Part shown: positions 7,339 through 18,955 of the stretch, piece after piece
How positions within the stretch are numbered: position 1 is the stretch's first letter
Layout: each line of letters begins with the position of its first letter
From: a virus
Lineage: Duplodnaviria > Caudoviricetes
Strand: one strand, 5' to 3'
Virus record (IMG/VR): IMGVR_UViG_3300012952_000034
Location: 1-42,902 of that record
DNA length: 42,902 bases
Program-made: the position numbers and the translations under genes
The notes under the pieces: generated by a model
Seen by the model: only the letters and a program-made list of their open reading frames with translations
Databases searched by the model: none
What the model was told of the DNA's origin: nothing

Positions 7339-10300
7339 ATGGCTGGTAAAAGTGTAACTTTAGGACAGGCGATCTTTGAGCTTACGCTTGACACGAAAAA
7401 GTTCAGAATCCAGTCTCTTCTTGCTCAGAAAAGCTTTCGGAAAATCGGGAACGCTGCGAACACGCTCGGGAAGACATTGGCGACGGGGTTGGTCGCTGGT
7501 GTTGCTGTCGCGACTGCTGCGATGGTCAAGCTCGGAGTAGAGTCCGCCAAGACTGGCGCCGAGTTTGAGCAATCGATCAAGACCGTTAGCGCCATCATGG
7601 GGGCGACTGACGGGTCCGAGAAAAGCGTCGCGGCTATGCAGTCTCTGACTAATGAGGCTCGTCGTCTTGGGTCTCAGACGGCATATACAGCGACTCAGGC
7701 TGGGGATGCGATGCAGAACCTCGCGAGAGCGGGTCTTAACGCAAACCAGATTATCGGCGCCTCTGGTCCTGCCCTAATGCTCGCGGGGGCATCCGCTTCG
7801 ACCATGTCGGCAGCGACGGATCTGATGGCTTCATCTATGAAGCAATTCGGACTCAACGCTGACCAAGCTACCCGAATGACCGACGCTTTCACTATTGTCC
7901 AGCAGAAAACCTTGATGGACATGGAGCATCTAACCTCTGCGATGAGGTACGGAGGAACCATCGCGGCAGGGATGGGAATGGGCATCGAAGAGACATCCGC
8001 TGCGCTTGGTCTTTTCAGAGACCTCGGTGTGGAAGGCTCGACGGCTGGAACCCAGTTCAGACAAGCCATGATCCAGCTTGCTGCTCCAACCCGAAAGGCT
8101 GAGAAGACTCTCAAGAAATACGGGCTCACTCTGGACGATGTAAATCCAGAAGTCAAGACTTTCTCCCATGTCATGAAAACGCTTGGCGCGGCAGGGATGA
8201 CGATGGGGGATATGGCTGCTGTCGTCGGAAAGAGGGCGGCTGGTTCTGTTCAGAAGATCTCCGAGGAGTTCGCAAATGGTACGACCAAATACCATGAGCT
8301 AACCGAGGCGATGTTCAACGGAGCAGGAACAACGGAAAAGACATACAATGCAATGATGGACACTGTGAAGGGGCGCTTCACCATCATGAAGAGCGCCTTC
8401 CAAGAGTTCCAGCTAACCATGTTCGACAGCTTCAAGGCGCCGCTCAAGGAGCTAATCGGAACGGATGATAACTCTGGCGTGACTGGAATCATTAATTCCA
8501 TGTCTGAGGCTATGAACCTTGCAGGGAGCGAGATGGCTAACGGTCCTTTCCAGCAGGGTATGCGGGAAATGACGGAGTACTTTAACGAGAACCAAGCCGA
8601 AATAGCCGCGAAGGTCATTGTAACCATTCAAGAGGTTATCGAAGCAGGGAAGAAGATCGTCGAGATGCTTCCCGCGCTTTACGAGGCAGGGAAGGCAATG
8701 CTTGTCCTGTGGGCTGTCTCGACAGTTACAACGTGGGTGACGACTTTAGGTCAGGCAGTCATGGCGTTATGGCGCTTCGTCTCAGCGACGAGGGCGGCTC
8801 AGGCGGCAGCGGTTGCATTCCAAGGGTCATTAGGGTGGGTCGGTGCTATATCTCTGGCAATTGGAGCGATGGCGGCTGCATTGTTTCAGACAGGGGACGA
8901 GGCGGCAAAAGCAAGTGCAAAAGCCACAATTCTCGCCGAGCAGCTTAAAGCAGCGACGGAAGCAAAAAAAGAATTTAAAGATGCCTCGGTTAAGTCTGAT
9001 GACATTAGCGATGATGATCTCGCAGGAATGAAAACAGGATACTCTCAGCTAAGAGTCGCCGCATCCGAGCAGCTTGGATCCAAGGGATTAAAGAACGAAA
9101 AAGAAGTCGTAAGGTTATCAAAAGCTTACGAGGCTCTGGGAGAAGAGCAGAGGAAAACGGCGCTCGCAAATGGTGAAATGATCACCATTATGGTCAAGGG
9201 TGAAAAGGTAGCTGTAAAGTACAAAGACGCTCTCAAGTTTGAAGGAATGAAGGAACAGGCGGACTTTCATGAAAGCATGTCAAAGTCTCAAAGACAGGTA
9301 TCGAAAGATCTAAGAATAGCAAAAAAAGATCTTAAGGAAACAAGAAAATCAGTCAACAAAGTGGATCATGCTTATCAGCAGTATCTCAAAACGCAAAACA
9401 AGTTTACTAAATTTGGTCTTGTTAGCGTCCTTCATCAGGAAGGCTGGATCTCTTCAAACGAAGAAACGGCGTATTCTGTCGATGATCTAACTAAGGCAGT
9501 ATCCAGAGCTTTCGGAAAACAGCAGAAATATACTACGCTCGTAGGCGAAAACACCAAGAAGCTCGCAGCATTAAAAAATCAGACTGTAGAATATAATAAT
9601 GCAATCAACGAAGCATCAGCGGCAGAAGATGCAGCGGATAAAAAGAAAGAAGGTGAAGCGAAAAAGAAGAAGCCGAGAGGAAGAGGAAGCGGAACCGACT
9701 GGAAAGCGCGAAGAGCAGCAGCGGAAGAGGCGACAAGGGCTCGGATAGATATGGAACAAGAGCTTCAGAGGACTCTTAGCAACATTGAGCAAGAGGGGGC
9801 TCTGGATCGAGTTATCGAAGTCCAAGACGCAATGAAAAACATGCGTCGAGTATACGACGAAGAAATCGAAGCGATCAAGAGAACCAACAGACGAAAAACC
9901 ATAGGCGCCCAGCAAAAGCTCGCGATAGAAAAGTCTTATATCGACAGCGTCCTCGCGCTCTATGCGAAATTAGATCTTGAAATTAGGCAAGACAGCAAGG
10001 AGAGAACCGAGGCTCTAAGGAAAGAACTGAAAGCCGAATACTCCACAAGAGCGGACATAATCAAGGAAGGGGTAAAGGAAGACATAAAGGAGAGGGAAAA
10101 GGAGTATCAGCAGGAAATAGAGGGGGCGCAAGCCGCAGCAGCGCAAGTCGTCGAACAGAGAGAAGAAGTTCTCACAGATATGGGTAAAACCAAGGCGGGA
10201 AGAATAGCCTTGAAGGAGGAGATCGAGTTTGAAACTGAAATGATTTTCGTCGACAAGGACGGAAAGCTTCTCTCTCCAGACACGATTGAAAAGGCTCTAA

Positions 10301-13300
10301 CGGATACGGCAGGAGTGCAAGGGGAGGGGAAGCACGTCGGAACCATGGCAGCCTTGCAAATAATGGACGAAGACCTTGGAGATGATAACTCTCGGCTCGC
10401 AGAAACATCGAGTAAGATCAAAGGCGGAGAAGTCAAACCTATCTCAGGGCAGGATCTTGTAGATCTTAAAGCATCTCAGCAGGAACATGTCTCTCTGTGG
10501 ATGTCGTACAATGCTGAACTTGATTCGATTAAAGCCGAGGCAAGATCGCAGGCAGTAACTCAACAGAAGGAAGAGGAAGCCGAGCTTAAAAAACAGAAGA
10601 AGCTCCTATCCAGAAGAAAGATAACTCTGGCGCAATTTAATGATGCGATAAAGGATTTTGAGTTAGTGCAGGAAGCGAGTGCGAAGCCGCTTGATTTTAA
10701 AGGAACAGACAAGCAATGGAAAGCACATCTTCAAAACGTCAGAGCGGAGCTTATAGAGACTGAGCTTCTCGCTGAAGAATCAAACGTCGCCCTGTTGAAA
10801 GAGCTAACCCCGTCCGATGAGGACATAAAAAGGATCAATGCTCCATTTAAAGAAATCACAACAGCGGAGCAGTATCAAAAAGCTTTCATGAGAGCGGGAA
10901 CCTTACAGGATGAGTTTTTAAACCACGCTATCTCTCAGCGCTTTGAACATAAAGACAACGTCAAAAGGATCGAAGAGAGCAAAAACACCGATCTGGAGCT
11001 TATAACTCAAATCGGAAACACCAAGATCGCGAAGCTTCAAGATCAGTTTCTCCAAAGGATGGAGGACGAGCGCCTTTCTATGGGCTTGCAGTCTCCAATT
11101 AAGATCCTTGAGGCGCAGCAGGCTGCTGCGATTAAAAGGATGAAAACGGAGGGCGCTACAGACGAGACAATAGAAGCCCAGAAAAGACACCATGTCGCTA
11201 AGATGGCGGAGCTACAGGAATCGCTCCTCGTCGAACTGGTTCGTCCATATGGTCAGTATACTGAGGAGATCGACAGGCTTGAAAATAAAGCGGTTAATTC
11301 TTTCAACGAAAAAACAAAAGAAAAAGCCAAGAGGCAAGCGGCTTATTTAAAGCAGAGAGCGGCTCTTGAGAAGAAGATGGAAGAGGTCGCCGCAAAATCG
11401 GCGGGTCTTAGTGCGGGTGAGCGCATAAAAGCGATGAAGCGCGTACAGGACGAGATGGATCGTCTGGATGCTACAAACGCAGAAGTCGCTAATAACGGAG
11501 TCAAAAGCTGGTCTTTCTGGAAAGAGGGTCTCGTCAAGGCTGGAAAGGTCATACTTCAGACGCTCAGCATGGTCGGCACTGCTGTAATTGCAATCGGAAA
11601 AGAACTCTTTGAGGCTGTAACGAAATCCTTCAGCTTCATAACGGGAGGAAAGCTTCCGACGAGCATTTCTGGCTTTTTGCAGGCAGGAACAAGCGCCGCG
11701 ATAAAGGAGACGCAAAAAGCACAAGAAGAGCTTAAAAAGCTGGAGGAACAGCTAAGCAAAGGAGAGATTACTCAGGAGCAATTTGACGAGCAGAAAAAGG
11801 CTGGTGTCGGCGCTGAAGTAGACGCAGGAGAGGCAGGCGCTAAGGCTGTGGAGAGCAAGTTTGACGATGCCATGAACTTCGCCAAGACGCTCGCAAGCGG
11901 AGCGCCTGCCATCCTTCAAAAGGTCGCGGAGCAGATCCCGATCCTTGTGGACTCTCTTGTCGAAAGCATTCCCAAGCTCATCGACGCTCTCGCTCAAAAC
12001 CTTCCTCCTGTGGTGGTCTCTCTGATCGATGGGATCATCGAGCTTCTTCCGCGAGTGGTTGACTCTCTGGTGACAGCGCTTCCTCTCTTGGTCGACGGAA
12101 TCGTTCTGATACTCACCGAAAAGCTTCCTCAGCTTCTCGCGACTCTTGGTCCTCTCGTCCAGAACCTTGTCGACATTATTGTCTCTCAGGCTCCTCGCAT
12201 AGTAGCCGCTCTCGTCGCAGCATTGCCCAATGTAGTCACTTTCCTCGTTAATGCTATAGAGACCCTGCTCACAGGCATCCCACAGCTATTATCGAGCATT
12301 CTCGCGGCTGTCCCGACTATAGTCACCGAGCTTCTCGGAGGAATCGGAGACATTATCGCGGCTCTGCTTCAAGCCATTCCCGAAATACTCGACGCTCTTA
12401 TCGGTCAGCTTCCGACAATACTCCAAGCTCTGATCGTTGGACTGCTCGGAGTTATTCAAAAAATAGCGGCAGAAGTTCCTGTTCTGGTCGGTAAGGTCAT
12501 AAAGATGATCCCCGTTCTTCTGGATGGGCTTCTCAAGATGCTTCCAGATCTTATCTTGGCTCTGGTCGATGCGATACCCGCGATCATTATAGCCCTCGCG
12601 GATGCTCTGCCTGAGCTAATCAGTTCCCTGATCACGCTTATCCCTGATCTTATTGCGGCAATCATAAAGGCTCTCCCTGATCTTCTTGTCGCTCTTGTGA
12701 AGGGCATTTTTGAGTTGATTTTTGTCCAGCTTCCGCTCATGCTTGCGGCTATTGTCACAGGAATAGTCGACGGCATTATCGACGGAGTATCTGGAATCGG
12801 AGAGCTTCTGACATCGGCATGGGACGGAATGATGTCTTTCTTCGACAATCTTCCAGAGAAAATCGGAAATGCGTTTCTGGGCATATTCGACTCAATAGCA
12901 GGGTTTTTCTCCGATGTTATTGACGAGATCGTGACGTTGGGAAGCGCTGAGACAGCGACCTTCGGAGATACGCCAGAAGCTATCCGAGCGGGGGCGAATG
13001 GAATGATGGCTCGCTTCGCTCCGAATGACTTGATCGTCGCGGCTCAGGATCCTCTGGAGCTTCTCAGGCAGTCGATAGATGCTGTCGGTGGTCGCCTTGG
13101 AAGGGTGGGAACATCTGGAATGGGAATGGATCCGAATGCTCTGTCTGCGATCATGGCTTCGGTGGGTGGCGGCGCTCAGAGCGCTCCGATGGATCTGACA
13201 ATCATGGCAGAGGGGAGAGTTCTTGACGAGGTCCAGATCAAAGCCATGGACAGAGGACACGCTCCAAGAATGAAACAGAAGTTCAAGAAAGCCAGCGGTG

Positions 13301-13353
13301 TGAATGTCGGTTTCTCTCGCGGAAGATATAACAGATTCAGCGGAACGAGGTAG
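7339..13353 (+). CDS. Tail tape measure protein
   Basis: 2004 aa. N-terminal TP901-type core (EFEQSIKTVSAI, ARRLGSQTAYTATQAGDAMQNLARAG, GVEGSTAGT), a long coiled-coil middle, and C-terminal 11/22-residue Pro-spaced amphipathic repeats. Confidence 0.95.
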   Translation: MAGKSVTLGQAIFELTLDTKKFRIQSLLAQKSFRKIGNAANTLGKTLATGLVAGVAVATAAMVKLGVESAKTGAEFEQSIKTVSAIMGATDGSEKSVAAMQSLTNEARRLGSQTAYTATQAGDAMQNLARAGLNANQIIGASGPALMLAGASASTMSAATDLMASSMKQFGLNADQATRMTDAFTIVQQKTLMDMEHLTSAMRYGGTIAAGMGMGIEETSAALGLFRDLGVEGSTAGTQFRQAMIQLAAPTRKAEKTLKKYGLTLDDVNPEVKTFSHVMKTLGAAGMTMGDMAAVVGKRAAGSVQKISEEFANGTTKYHELTEAMFNGAGTTEKTYNAMMDTVKGRFTIMKSAFQEFQLTMFDSFKAPLKELIGTDDNSGVTGIINSMSEAMNLAGSEMANGPFQQGMREMTEYFNENQAEIAAKVIVTIQEVIEAGKKIVEMLPALYEAGKAMLVLWAVSTVTTWVTTLGQAVMALWRFVSATRAAQAAAVAFQGSLGWVGAISLAIGAMAAALFQTGDEAAKASAKATILAEQLKAATEAKKEFKDASVKSDDISDDDLAGMKTGYSQLRVAASEQLGSKGLKNEKEVVRLSKAYEALGEEQRKTALANGEMITIMVKGEKVAVKYKDALKFEGMKEQADFHESMSKSQRQVSKDLRIAKKDLKETRKSVNKVDHAYQQYLKTQNKFTKFGLVSVLHQEGWISSNEETAYSVDDLTKAVSRAFGKQQKYTTLVGENTKKLAALKNQTVEYNNAINEASAAEDAADKKKEGEAKKKKPRGRGSGTDWKARRAAAEEATRARIDMEQELQRTLSNIEQEGALDRVIEVQDAMKNMRRVYDEEIEAIKRTNRRKTIGAQQKLAIEKSYIDSVLALYAKLDLEIRQDSKERTEALRKELKAEYSTRADIIKEGVKEDIKEREKEYQQEIEGAQAAAAQVVEQREEVLTDMGKTKAGRIALKEEIEFETEMIFVDKDGKLLSPDTIEKALTDTAGVQGEGKHVGTMAALQIMDEDLGDDNSRLAETSSKIKGGEVKPISGQDLVDLKASQQEHVSLWMSYNAELDSIKAEARSQAVTQQKEEEAELKKQKKLLSRRKITLAQFNDAIKDFELVQEASAKPLDFKGTDKQWKAHLQNVRAELIETELLAEESNVALLKELTPSDEDIKRINAPFKEITTAEQYQKAFMRAGTLQDEFLNHAISQRFEHKDNVKRIEESKNTDLELITQIGNTKIAKLQDQFLQRMEDERLSMGLQSPIKILEAQQAAAIKRMKTEGATDETIEAQKRHHVAKMAELQESLLVELVRPYGQYTEEIDRLENKAVNSFNEKTKEKAKRQAAYLKQRAALEKKMEEVAAKSAGLSAGERIKAMKRVQDEMDRLDATNAEVANNGVKSWSFWKEGLVKAGKVILQTLSMVGTAVIAIGKELFEAVTKSFSFITGGKLPTSISGFLQAGTSAAIKETQKAQEELKKLEEQLSKGEITQEQFDEQKKAGVGAEVDAGEAGAKAVESKFDDAMNFAKTLASGAPAILQKVAEQIPILVDSLVESIPKLIDALAQNLPPVVVSLIDGIIELLPRVVDSLVTALPLLVDGIVLILTEKLPQLLATLGPLVQNLVDIIVSQAPRIVAALVAALPNVVTFLVNAIETLLTGIPQLLSSILAAVPTIVTELLGGIGDIIAALLQAIPEILDALIGQLPTILQALIVGLLGVIQKIAAEVPVLVGKVIKMIPVLLDGLLKMLPDLILALVDAIPAIIIALADALPELISSLITLIPDLIAAIIKALPDLLVALVKGIFELIFVQLPLMLAAIVTGIVDGIIDGVSGIGELLTSAWDGMMSFFDNLPEKIGNAFLGIFDSIAGFFSDVIDEIVTLGSAETATFGDTPEAIRAGANGMMARFAPNDLIVAAQDPLELLRQSIDAVGGRLGRVGTSGMGMDPNALSAIMASVGGGAQSAPMDLTIMAEGRVLDEVQIKAMDRGHAPRMKQKFKKASGVNVGFSRGRYNRFSGTR

Positions 13354-13356
13354 ATA

Positions 13357-16300
13357 ATGGGATCCAAGACAAAGACACCAAAACAGTTTTTCCTTGTTCC
13401 AGATCCGAAAGTGAGGACGACCGACATCCTGTCCACGAATACGCAGGGGGGGAAGTTTCCATCGGTGTCGACTCCGACGGCAACAAACGACGGAAGTCTC
13501 TCCATGTTTTGCACAGGAACGCAGACGACAGATGAGGACTATTCGATCAGAGTGCAGGACAGCGGAAAGCTTGACGAAACGACTTTCGTATATAAGAAAA
13601 CCACAGAGGGAGACGAGCTATATCGGGGAGAGCCTGACCGACGCTTTCCCAGAGCGCATAGCTGTCCTTTCGGCACTCCGAATTATGGATACTCTTCGAC
13701 TGGAGCATATTGTGCGAAGGCATCGAAAGAGGTAGTCGCCTGTCTTTCTCAGTCGTCCGCGAGCAAGATCACAATAGCGCATAGAGCGGCATCTGAGGGG
13801 GGAACCTCAAACGGTGCATGGACTACCTATGACCTTCATTTATATACTCCAGCCTTCGGCTACAGGGGGGTCGACGGAGCTGGATCAGCGACTTCCTTGA
13901 CCATCCTACAGGGATCGATCTCATTATGCGATACCGCAAGCGGCTCTCTCTTGCTTTTCGTCAGATACAACAAAGACATAGATGTATATCTCTCCGACGA
14001 CGGGGAGAACTGGTCTCTCCTTGCGACCGAGATCCTCGGGCGATTCAGCGAAGACAAGGGGCTAACAGTCCAGCAGATCCGCTCTGCCTCAAGCGGAAGC
14101 TATGTCCGTCTGGTGTTTGTCGGCTCTGATACGAGCGAATACTTTATCAGATCGCTTGTAAGCTCCGATAACGGCATAAGCTGGGCAGATGCGGGGGTTT
14201 ACTCCTATGATGGGGAAAGCGCTCTATATGCGGGAAAAACGGTCACTTATGGGGCGGATAATTGGTCCTTCGATGTATGCGGAATTGGAGACGAAAGCGG
14301 AAGCTTTCTCATGACTATTTTCGATGAGGCTCTCGCCTGCGTGCGGACATGGCTTTCGGCTGGGACACAGGACTGGACCTATGCTGAAAACCTTGATTAT
14401 GCGGCGCTGTCGATGCAGGTAGAGGCTCCGATGATGCTTCTGGCTTCTGGTCAAGACACCGACTGGATCTGGCTGTTCTTGGATGGGGCTCGATTTATAA
14501 CAGGGAGAGCAAACGTCGGGGTCCAAAACAGCACAGAGGTTATAACAGGTGGGGGAACCGTTACCGTTTTTCCAACCAACTACGAACAGAACATCCTCTA
14601 TATTCCAAAGTCGGCTAATCTGGAAGCAGCCTCATGGACGGATCTTGGCGAATACTACAGAGAGGGGATCCTCTTGGATCCAAGTCCAGCGGTTAGCGGC
14701 TTTCAACTTGCCCAGCAATATCGGCTCTCTTCTGGCTGCGCCTATGTCAACCGAGGCGCCGTCTCTATGATATGCGGTCTCATGGATGGATATGACGGCT
14801 CTATGCAGTCGGCGCGTATCAATCAGCATATATATATGAGATATGGGGGATGGGACACCAATCCCGAATATGATTACAACGACATAAAATTCGGTCAGTC
14901 GAGCTTTATTCCTCCGCTCAAGCTCAACCCGACATATCGAAGAGCTATGCTGGAATGGGTTAGCTGGATCGGCGCTCCTGCTGGAGTGCTTTATGCGAGA
15001 CAGACAAACGGAATTAATTGGACTGAAAACAGACTCACCGCAACCAGAAATTGGAACGCTGAGAGGCTTCGCCTTACCGTTAACGGGGCGACTCTTAACC
15101 ATATCTTTTATGAATGGAGAGACCCAAGCTCGCCAAATGTTCAATACAATTGGATGTATCAGGTCGACAACCAGACCTATAATTCCACCACCGCAGGGCA
15201 GGATTTTCCCGTAAAAGAAAGAGGGGGGCAGGCATCTATTAATTGGATGTGCAAAGTCCAGAATGGTGCTGTCCTTGCAGGAGCAACCTCATCCTATTCT
15301 GCCGTAGAGATACAAGGATATGTATCAGGAAGCAATGCGGTAAGGTCTTCGACCAGTGATTACGGGATGAGAATAATTGTCTGCGTCGGTAAGGAAGAGG
15401 TTGCAATATATGATCAATACGATGGCAGCGTCTTGTTGGGAAAAATCACGCCATCCAGCGGAACCTATGGAACCGATCCGTTTGAATCTCATTATTGGGA
15501 ATTCAGACTGGGAATAACGGGAACGGTGAACGCTTCCTCAAGTCGACAAGTCTGTTTAATATGCAGAAGAGAGGGAGACGACGAATGGCTTTCGACGGGG
15601 AACGTCCTCGCTATGAGCAAGGATCTGGGGACAAGCGCATCCAGCGGTAAGAAATGCCAAAAGATTAAATTCGGAATGCTTAGAGGAAACATTTCGGGAC
15701 GAGGATCGCTCTGGAAGTATATCTATGTCCATCCATGCAATGATCTTAGGACGATGGCTTATGGTGGGGCTTTTGTTCAGAGATCCAAGCCCGACATAAT
15801 CAGGGGGAAGATTATCAGCGGATCTCCGACTTATCTCCGCTCTGGCTTGTCGTCAGTATGGGGGGGAGCAAGCGGCGCCGAGGGAGACACTTTCACCGTC
15901 TCTCCAACCTATACATATCCATCCAGCAATAGCACCAAGTTTTCCAGTCCTCGCCAGCAGTGGAGATCCGCAGGAGCGACCAGCACTCTGGAGATGGTCC
16001 TCAATTCGGCAGCGACCACAGATAAATGGTGGCATGACTCGGGGATGGTTCTCAGAACAAATGCAAAGACAGCGGCTTTCGCGTATTCGACCGACAATGT
16101 GACCTATACCACAAGCGGGACCATTGACATGTCTCGTATGGTTGGAAGGGTTTCCGCTGTAGATGGAGCCATGGTCTCCGTTGACTTTAATCCTTTCAAT
16201 ATCTCATCTTCACCGACGAACAGGACTCCAAGGGATGGAGAGTATAGCTCGACAAAAGAAGAGACATTCTATGGGCGCCTGACAAACACGACGACCTCAT

Positions 16301-16950
16301 CTCTCGGCGAGGATGTTCCCTACATTATCGACCGACACTGGAAGGGGACATCTTCTTCGGCTAAGTTCCAGCTTCAGATGAGCGCTCTCGACTCTGGGTT
16401 CAATTCATCTCTTGTCGGCTCGACTTTTACAGTTTACGCTGACAGGGGCTGGACTCTGTTCCCGACAAGTCCGCCACAAGGCGACAAAAGCTATATGAAG
16501 GTAACGCTAACAGGCAGCGCCACCGAGACAGAGGGATATCTGTATGCTGGAACCATATCAGCAGGGACATCCCTGACTCTTCGGGTTCCCTTTAATTGGA
16601 AGTATACCGACGCAGAAAACGGCAATAATGAGATGTATCAGAGCAAATCAAACCTGACATGGGGATACTGCAACAGCGGCGCATCTCGTTCTTTCAGCGG
16701 AATGATAGACGGAGACGTTTCGGATCAGCTTAGGCAGCGGATCAGGACGGCTCTGAGGAAGGCGACGAACTACGAGCAAGAGCCTCTCCTGTTCGTTTTG
16801 CAGGATGACGACATCGCAAACGAATTCATGCTCTGGGGTCGCGTTACAAGCGGATCGAAAGAAGATAATGTCGGATGGTACTGGGACGCTGTTAACATGA
16901 CATGGAAGCCCATCGGAAGCCTCAAGGTCACTATTGACGAGGTGATCTGA
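13357..16950 (+). CDS. Tail tip protein with Asp-box (BNR) beta-propeller-like region
   Basis: 1197 aa directly after the tape measure gene. SDDGENW and SSDNGISW Asp-box motifs; Ser/Thr/Gly-rich and beta-strand-like. Confidence 0.7.
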   Translation: MGSKTKTPKQFFLVPDPKVRTTDILSTNTQGGKFPSVSTPTATNDGSLSMFCTGTQTTDEDYSIRVQDSGKLDETTFVYKKTTEGDELYRGEPDRRFPRAHSCPFGTPNYGYSSTGAYCAKASKEVVACLSQSSASKITIAHRAASEGGTSNGAWTTYDLHLYTPAFGYRGVDGAGSATSLTILQGSISLCDTASGSLLLFVRYNKDIDVYLSDDGENWSLLATEILGRFSEDKGLTVQQIRSASSGSYVRLVFVGSDTSEYFIRSLVSSDNGISWADAGVYSYDGESALYAGKTVTYGADNWSFDVCGIGDESGSFLMTIFDEALACVRTWLSAGTQDWTYAENLDYAALSMQVEAPMMLLASGQDTDWIWLFLDGARFITGRANVGVQNSTEVITGGGTVTVFPTNYEQNILYIPKSANLEAASWTDLGEYYREGILLDPSPAVSGFQLAQQYRLSSGCAYVNRGAVSMICGLMDGYDGSMQSARINQHIYMRYGGWDTNPEYDYNDIKFGQSSFIPPLKLNPTYRRAMLEWVSWIGAPAGVLYARQTNGINWTENRLTATRNWNAERLRLTVNGATLNHIFYEWRDPSSPNVQYNWMYQVDNQTYNSTTAGQDFPVKERGGQASINWMCKVQNGAVLAGATSSYSAVEIQGYVSGSNAVRSSTSDYGMRIIVCVGKEEVAIYDQYDGSVLLGKITPSSGTYGTDPFESHYWEFRLGITGTVNASSSRQVCLICRREGDDEWLSTGNVLAMSKDLGTSASSGKKCQKIKFGMLRGNISGRGSLWKYIYVHPCNDLRTMAYGGAFVQRSKPDIIRGKIISGSPTYLRSGLSSVWGGASGAEGDTFTVSPTYTYPSSNSTKFSSPRQQWRSAGATSTLEMVLNSAATTDKWWHDSGMVLRTNAKTAAFAYSTDNVTYTTSGTIDMSRMVGRVSAVDGAMVSVDFNPFNISSSPTNRTPRDGEYSSTKEETFYGRLTNTTTSSLGEDVPYIIDRHWKGTSSSAKFQLQMSALDSGFNSSLVGSTFTVYADRGWTLFPTSPPQGDKSYMKVTLTGSATETEGYLYAGTISAGTSLTLRVPFNWKYTDAENGNNEMYQSKSNLTWGYCNSGASRSFSGMIDGDVSDQLRQRIRTALRKATNYEQEPLLFVLQDDDIANEFMLWGRVTSGSKEDNVGWYWDAVNMTWKPIGSLKVTIDEVI

Positions 16951-18602
16951 TGTCTGTCCGTTATCAGCTTAGAGAGCTACTCACGAACGCTCCGACGGGA
17001 GACGTTCAGATAAATAGCTACTGGGCGGCAAGGCTTCAAGACAGGAACGACAACGTCTATATCACGCTGGATCTCATCTTCGGGGACGGCTCGCGTCTTA
17101 GGATGGCGACGGACTATCTGACCATAACAGCAGAGAACGGCTCAAGGATCGGATATGAGCCACTTTTGCAGGCAGAGCCCTCTGTCGATACCAGTTATGA
17201 CTTTAACACCCCCTCATCAGCCTCACAGAGGTCTTTCTCTGTAAATGTAGACGCTCGGAGAAACTCTGCTCTTTCGATGGTGAAAAAAGGCTTCTTTGTC
17301 GGCGGGGTTGCTGAGCTTTCCCTTCAAGCAGAGGACACCGTCTACGAGAAGCGTTTTGTCCTGATGATCGGGGAGACTGTCGGGGGCGTTTCTTTCGGCG
17401 CCGATGATGAGCCCATCGGGATCGAGATCAGTGATCCGACTCTGACCATCGACAGAATCGTTCCTGAGATCGTGCTGACTTCGGATCGGATCTCAACCAT
17501 TCCAGACGGGTCCGAGGGGAAACGATATCCTCTGGTGCTTAGCGGCTTCGCTTCCGTTCCCTGTATAAAGCTCGACGGGTCGACCTTGAATCCGAGCTAC
17601 ATGGTGGCAGCAGGGGACGGGTTAGAAATAACCTCCGTCGTTGTTGACGGGGAAGAAGCCGAGTCGAATGATCTTGTTACAGGTTTCGAGGTGGAAGTCG
17701 CTGGAGATCTGAAAGGCTCAAGATATACGAAGCTCAATTTCAAGGTACCTCTATACAACACAGCAGACGAAACCTTCGCCTTTGAATGGAGCGACTCGAC
17801 TTCGGTCTATGCAACCGTTCAGAGTTCAAGCGCAACGGGCGGATCTGTTATCGAAGTGGTCAGGTGGCTGATCATGAACGGAACAGACTACGGGGTCGAA
17901 GGGATTGACGAGGTTATGTTCGCGAGAGCTTCGGCAAAAGCTCCGACGTTTCTGAATGCCTCGGTCTGTATAAACGGATCCAGCGGGGCAGAGGTTGCGA
18001 AGGCTATGGACTACATTGGAAGCACTCTGATCAAGAGCTTTCCTATGTTTTCGATGGCTTACACAGGGAGGGGGCTCGGGCTGGTCTACACAGACAGACG
18101 AGCGCGCCTTTCGATAGCCAATCTGGTCCGAGGTCAGAGCCTTCTCTATGACAGGGTTTCCGCGATAACAGAATCCGATAAGGGCTCGATTTATAACTCT
18201 TTTGTGCTTCAGTACGACTTTGACGCAGTGAATAACAACTACAGGAAGACGCTGGAAGTCAATGAGACCAATTCGACGCTGTGCGCCATCTCAAACAGCA
18301 GGATCGGAAAAAGGGAAAGGGATCCTCTTGAGAGCATTGTCATAACCGACGAGAAGACCGCTCAGTTCGTTCTTGACTGGATGGTGGGACACTACAGCCT
18401 CCCAAGCTATTCGGTGGTATACGAGGGGAACCCTGCGCTCTTCTTTATGCTTCAGCTTGGAGATAACGTCAGGCTAACAGATGACAAGCTTGGCTTTGAG
18501 GGGGTCTCTGCGACCGTTGAGGGCATTCGATACGCTCGCGGAAGGGTAGAGCTAACGCTTAGGCTCTGGCTGCTTTATGAGACGATAGGAGACGCGCTAT
18601 GA
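16950..18602 (+). CDS. Putative tail tip/hub protein
   Basis: 550 aa, coupled start/stop. C-terminal LQLGDNVRLTD motif of the kind seen in siphovirus tail-tip hub proteins. Confidence 0.65.
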   Translation: MSVRYQLRELLTNAPTGDVQINSYWAARLQDRNDNVYITLDLIFGDGSRLRMATDYLTITAENGSRIGYEPLLQAEPSVDTSYDFNTPSSASQRSFSVNVDARRNSALSMVKKGFFVGGVAELSLQAEDTVYEKRFVLMIGETVGGVSFGADDEPIGIEISDPTLTIDRIVPEIVLTSDRISTIPDGSEGKRYPLVLSGFASVPCIKLDGSTLNPSYMVAAGDGLEITSVVVDGEEAESNDLVTGFEVEVAGDLKGSRYTKLNFKVPLYNTADETFAFEWSDSTSVYATVQSSSATGGSVIEVVRWLIMNGTDYGVEGIDEVMFARASAKAPTFLNASVCINGSSGAEVAKAMDYIGSTLIKSFPMFSMAYTGRGLGLVYTDRRARLSIANLVRGQSLLYDRVSAITESDKGSIYNSFVLQYDFDAVNNNYRKTLEVNETNSTLCAISNSRIGKRERDPLESIVITDEKTAQFVLDWMVGHYSLPSYSVVYEGNPALFFMLQLGDNVRLTDDKLGFEGVSATVEGIRYARGRVELTLRLWLLYETIGDAL

Positions 18603-18955
18603 GAAACTGGACTCCATGGTTTATTAAAGGGGATCGTTTTCTTGACTTCCTGTCCTTCTTCGCTCCGATAACCATCGGCGCCATAACGCTCGGTGCCATG
18701 GTGATTTATCGCGGAGAGATGGACGAGCAGACGCGCCGACATGAGACAATACACTTCCAGCAGTATCTGGAGACGCTCTTTCTCGGCTTCCTTTTGATCT
18801 ATGTCTTCGACTGGCTCTGGAATCTTGTCAAGTACAGAGACGGGGCGAAAGCTTATATGATGCTCAGGGCAGAACAGGAGGCTTATGCTTTCGACGAAGA
18901 CGAGAGCTACCTTTCGACTCGGAAGCGCTGGCGCTGGCTTTTTCGCCGCTTGTAA
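18599..18955 (+). CDS. Small HExxH metallopeptidase-like protein
   Basis: RRHETIHFQQ plus a downstream EQEAY motif and one hydrophobic segment. Confidence 0.6.
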   Translation: MRNWTPWFIKGDRFLDFLSFFAPITIGAITLGAMVIYRGEMDEQTRRHETIHFQQYLETLFLGFLLIYVFDWLWNLVKYRDGAKAYMMLRAEQEAYAFDEDESYLSTRKRWRWLFRRL